From UHGV virus genome UHGV-0140151: 16,798 nucleotides of DNA; one strand, written 5' to 3'. Positions 15,832 through 16,798 of the stretch are shown piece by piece (the first letter of the stretch is position 1; each line of letters begins with the position of its first letter). The notes under the pieces are model-generated. The model did not search any database and was not told where the DNA came from. It was given only the letters and a program-made list of their open reading frames with translations. Origin of the DNA: a virus. Both the position numbers and the translations under genes were made by a program.

Positions 15832-16442
15832 TGAATAATGCGATATTAAATAGCGAACTTATAGCCATACAGGCAGGAAACATTATCGTTTATAACTATG
15901 ATGGTGAGACACGGGAATATATTTCAGAGTCAACTGAATATCTTGCTGTGGGTGTTGGTATTCCGGCTAATTCCTGTTTAGATGCCCCAGGCGCACATAA
16001 ATCGGGCTATGCTATCCGCCGTTCGGAGGATTTAAATTCATGGGAGTATGCGCCAGACCATCGTGGTGAAACCGTCTATAGCACTGAAACGAGAAACTCC
16101 GAAGAAATAACGGCGCTGGGTGAATACCCGGAAAATACAACTACTCTCGCCCCGCTAACACCATACGACAAATGGGATGGAGATAAATGGGTGGTTGATA
16201 CTGAGGCTCAACATAGTGCAGCTGTAGAGGCAGCAGAAACAAAACGTCAGTCATTGATTGATACTGCGATGGCTTCCATTAGTCTGATTCAGTTGAAATT
16301 ACGGGCTGGACGGAAGTTGACGCAGGCAGAAACCACACAGCTTAACTCTGTGCTAGATTATATAGACGAGCTGAACGCGATGGATTTAACCACGGCACCA
16401 GATCTCAACTGGCCTGAAAAACAACTTTCTGCAGCCAGTTGA
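15831..16442 (+). CDS. tfa: tail-fibre assembly protein (Tfa/U-like chaperone)
   Basis: 203-aa ORF with features typical of Tfa proteins (DKWDGDKWVVD..., C-terminal LNSVLDYIDELNAMDLTTAPDLNWPE). Confidence 0.85.
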   Translation: MNNAILNSELIAIQAGNIIVYNYDGETREYISESTEYLAVGVGIPANSCLDAPGAHKSGYAIRRSEDLNSWEYAPDHRGETVYSTETRNSEEITALGEYPENTTTLAPLTPYDKWDGDKWVVDTEAQHSAAVEAAETKRQSLIDTAMASISLIQLKLRAGRKLTQAETTQLNSVLDYIDELNAMDLTTAPDLNWPEKQLSAAS

Positions 16443-16447
16443 TATAA

Positions 16448-16798
16448 TTAAGCCGCTCTCACAATATAATTAAATGCAATATTACGAGGGCGGGTTTCTA
16501 AGCCAGCAGTACCTAAATTAGCTACGGACTGTTTATATGTTTTAAAGGTTCCATAATTAGGGGCTGGCAATCCTGCATCGCTTGTGTTCCCCCATCTGAT
16601 AACTCCCGTATTACCACTAGTAGCCCATGCCTCGTCAAAGTAGAAATTAATTGAGCTGTCAGTTGCTACGGTTGATTTTGACGGTAATCCGTGAGCATGA
16701 TCCTCCGTTGCATATCCTTGCCCGCTTAAAATAGAGCGACCAGAGTCAATCCCTCGCCCATCATCCCAACCACGGATAAACTCACCGCGTAAATCAGG
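16448..16798 (-). CDS. tail-fibre C-terminal cassette 5, inverted orientation (partial; 5' end beyond the window)
   Basis: Minus-strand translation gives ...LPDLRGEFIRGWDDGRGIDSGR...HAH...ETRPRNIAFNYIVRAA then stop (16448..16450). No start codon inside the window. Confidence 0.7.
   Translation of the reverse strand, partial: PDLRGEFIRGWDDGRGIDSGRSILSGQGYATEDHAHGLPSKSTVATDSSINFYFDEAWATSGNTGVIRWGNTSDAGLPAPNYGTFKTYKQSVANLGTAGLETRPRNIAFNYIVRAA

Noticed and set aside
13895-16798. CRISPR array or diversity-generating retroelement as explanation for the tandem repeats
   Set aside because: Repeat units are about 470 to 520 bp and protein-coding, not 25 to 40 bp with spacers. No cas genes and no reverse transcriptase. 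Variation is block-wise rather than adenine-targeted.
1-16798. tRNA or rRNA genes, integrase and attachment sites
   Set aside because: No cloverleaf-like or rRNA-like segments recognised and no tyrosine integrase ORF in the window. The element may be a plasmid-prophage or its integration module lies outside the window.

Overview
This window reads as part of an enterobacterial temperate phage or phage-plasmid, possibly P1/p15B-like (unverified; no search was possible). The left part carries minus-strand phage genes: a Rha-family regulator, an HTH protein, a putative prohead protease/scaffold and a putative portal. Next comes a plus-strand accessory island (about 5245..9045) holding a hicAB toxin-antitoxin pair, an AT-rich two-gene operon (XRE-family HTH protein plus a 252-aa protein with a glycine-rich hydrophobic C-terminus), and a tnpB-only IS200/IS605-family element. 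That operon is the strongest candidate for an undescribed system: it has its own promoter-like region and terminator and is bracketed by two direct copies of the IS end sequence. Further right is a minus-strand operon with a holin-like gene, a large acidic repeat-containing protein, and a 3' gene whose C-terminus is encoded by the IS end. The right part holds a serine DNA invertase (with a convergently oriented invertase pseudogene next to it) and a multi-cassette tail-fibre switching locus: four tandem promoterless tail-fibre C-terminal cassettes, each starting at a gix/hix-like crossover site, one tail-fibre assembly gene, and a fifth inverted cassette running off the window. No rRNA, tRNA or CRISPR array was recognised. 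All functional calls rest on motif-level recognition and gene context.
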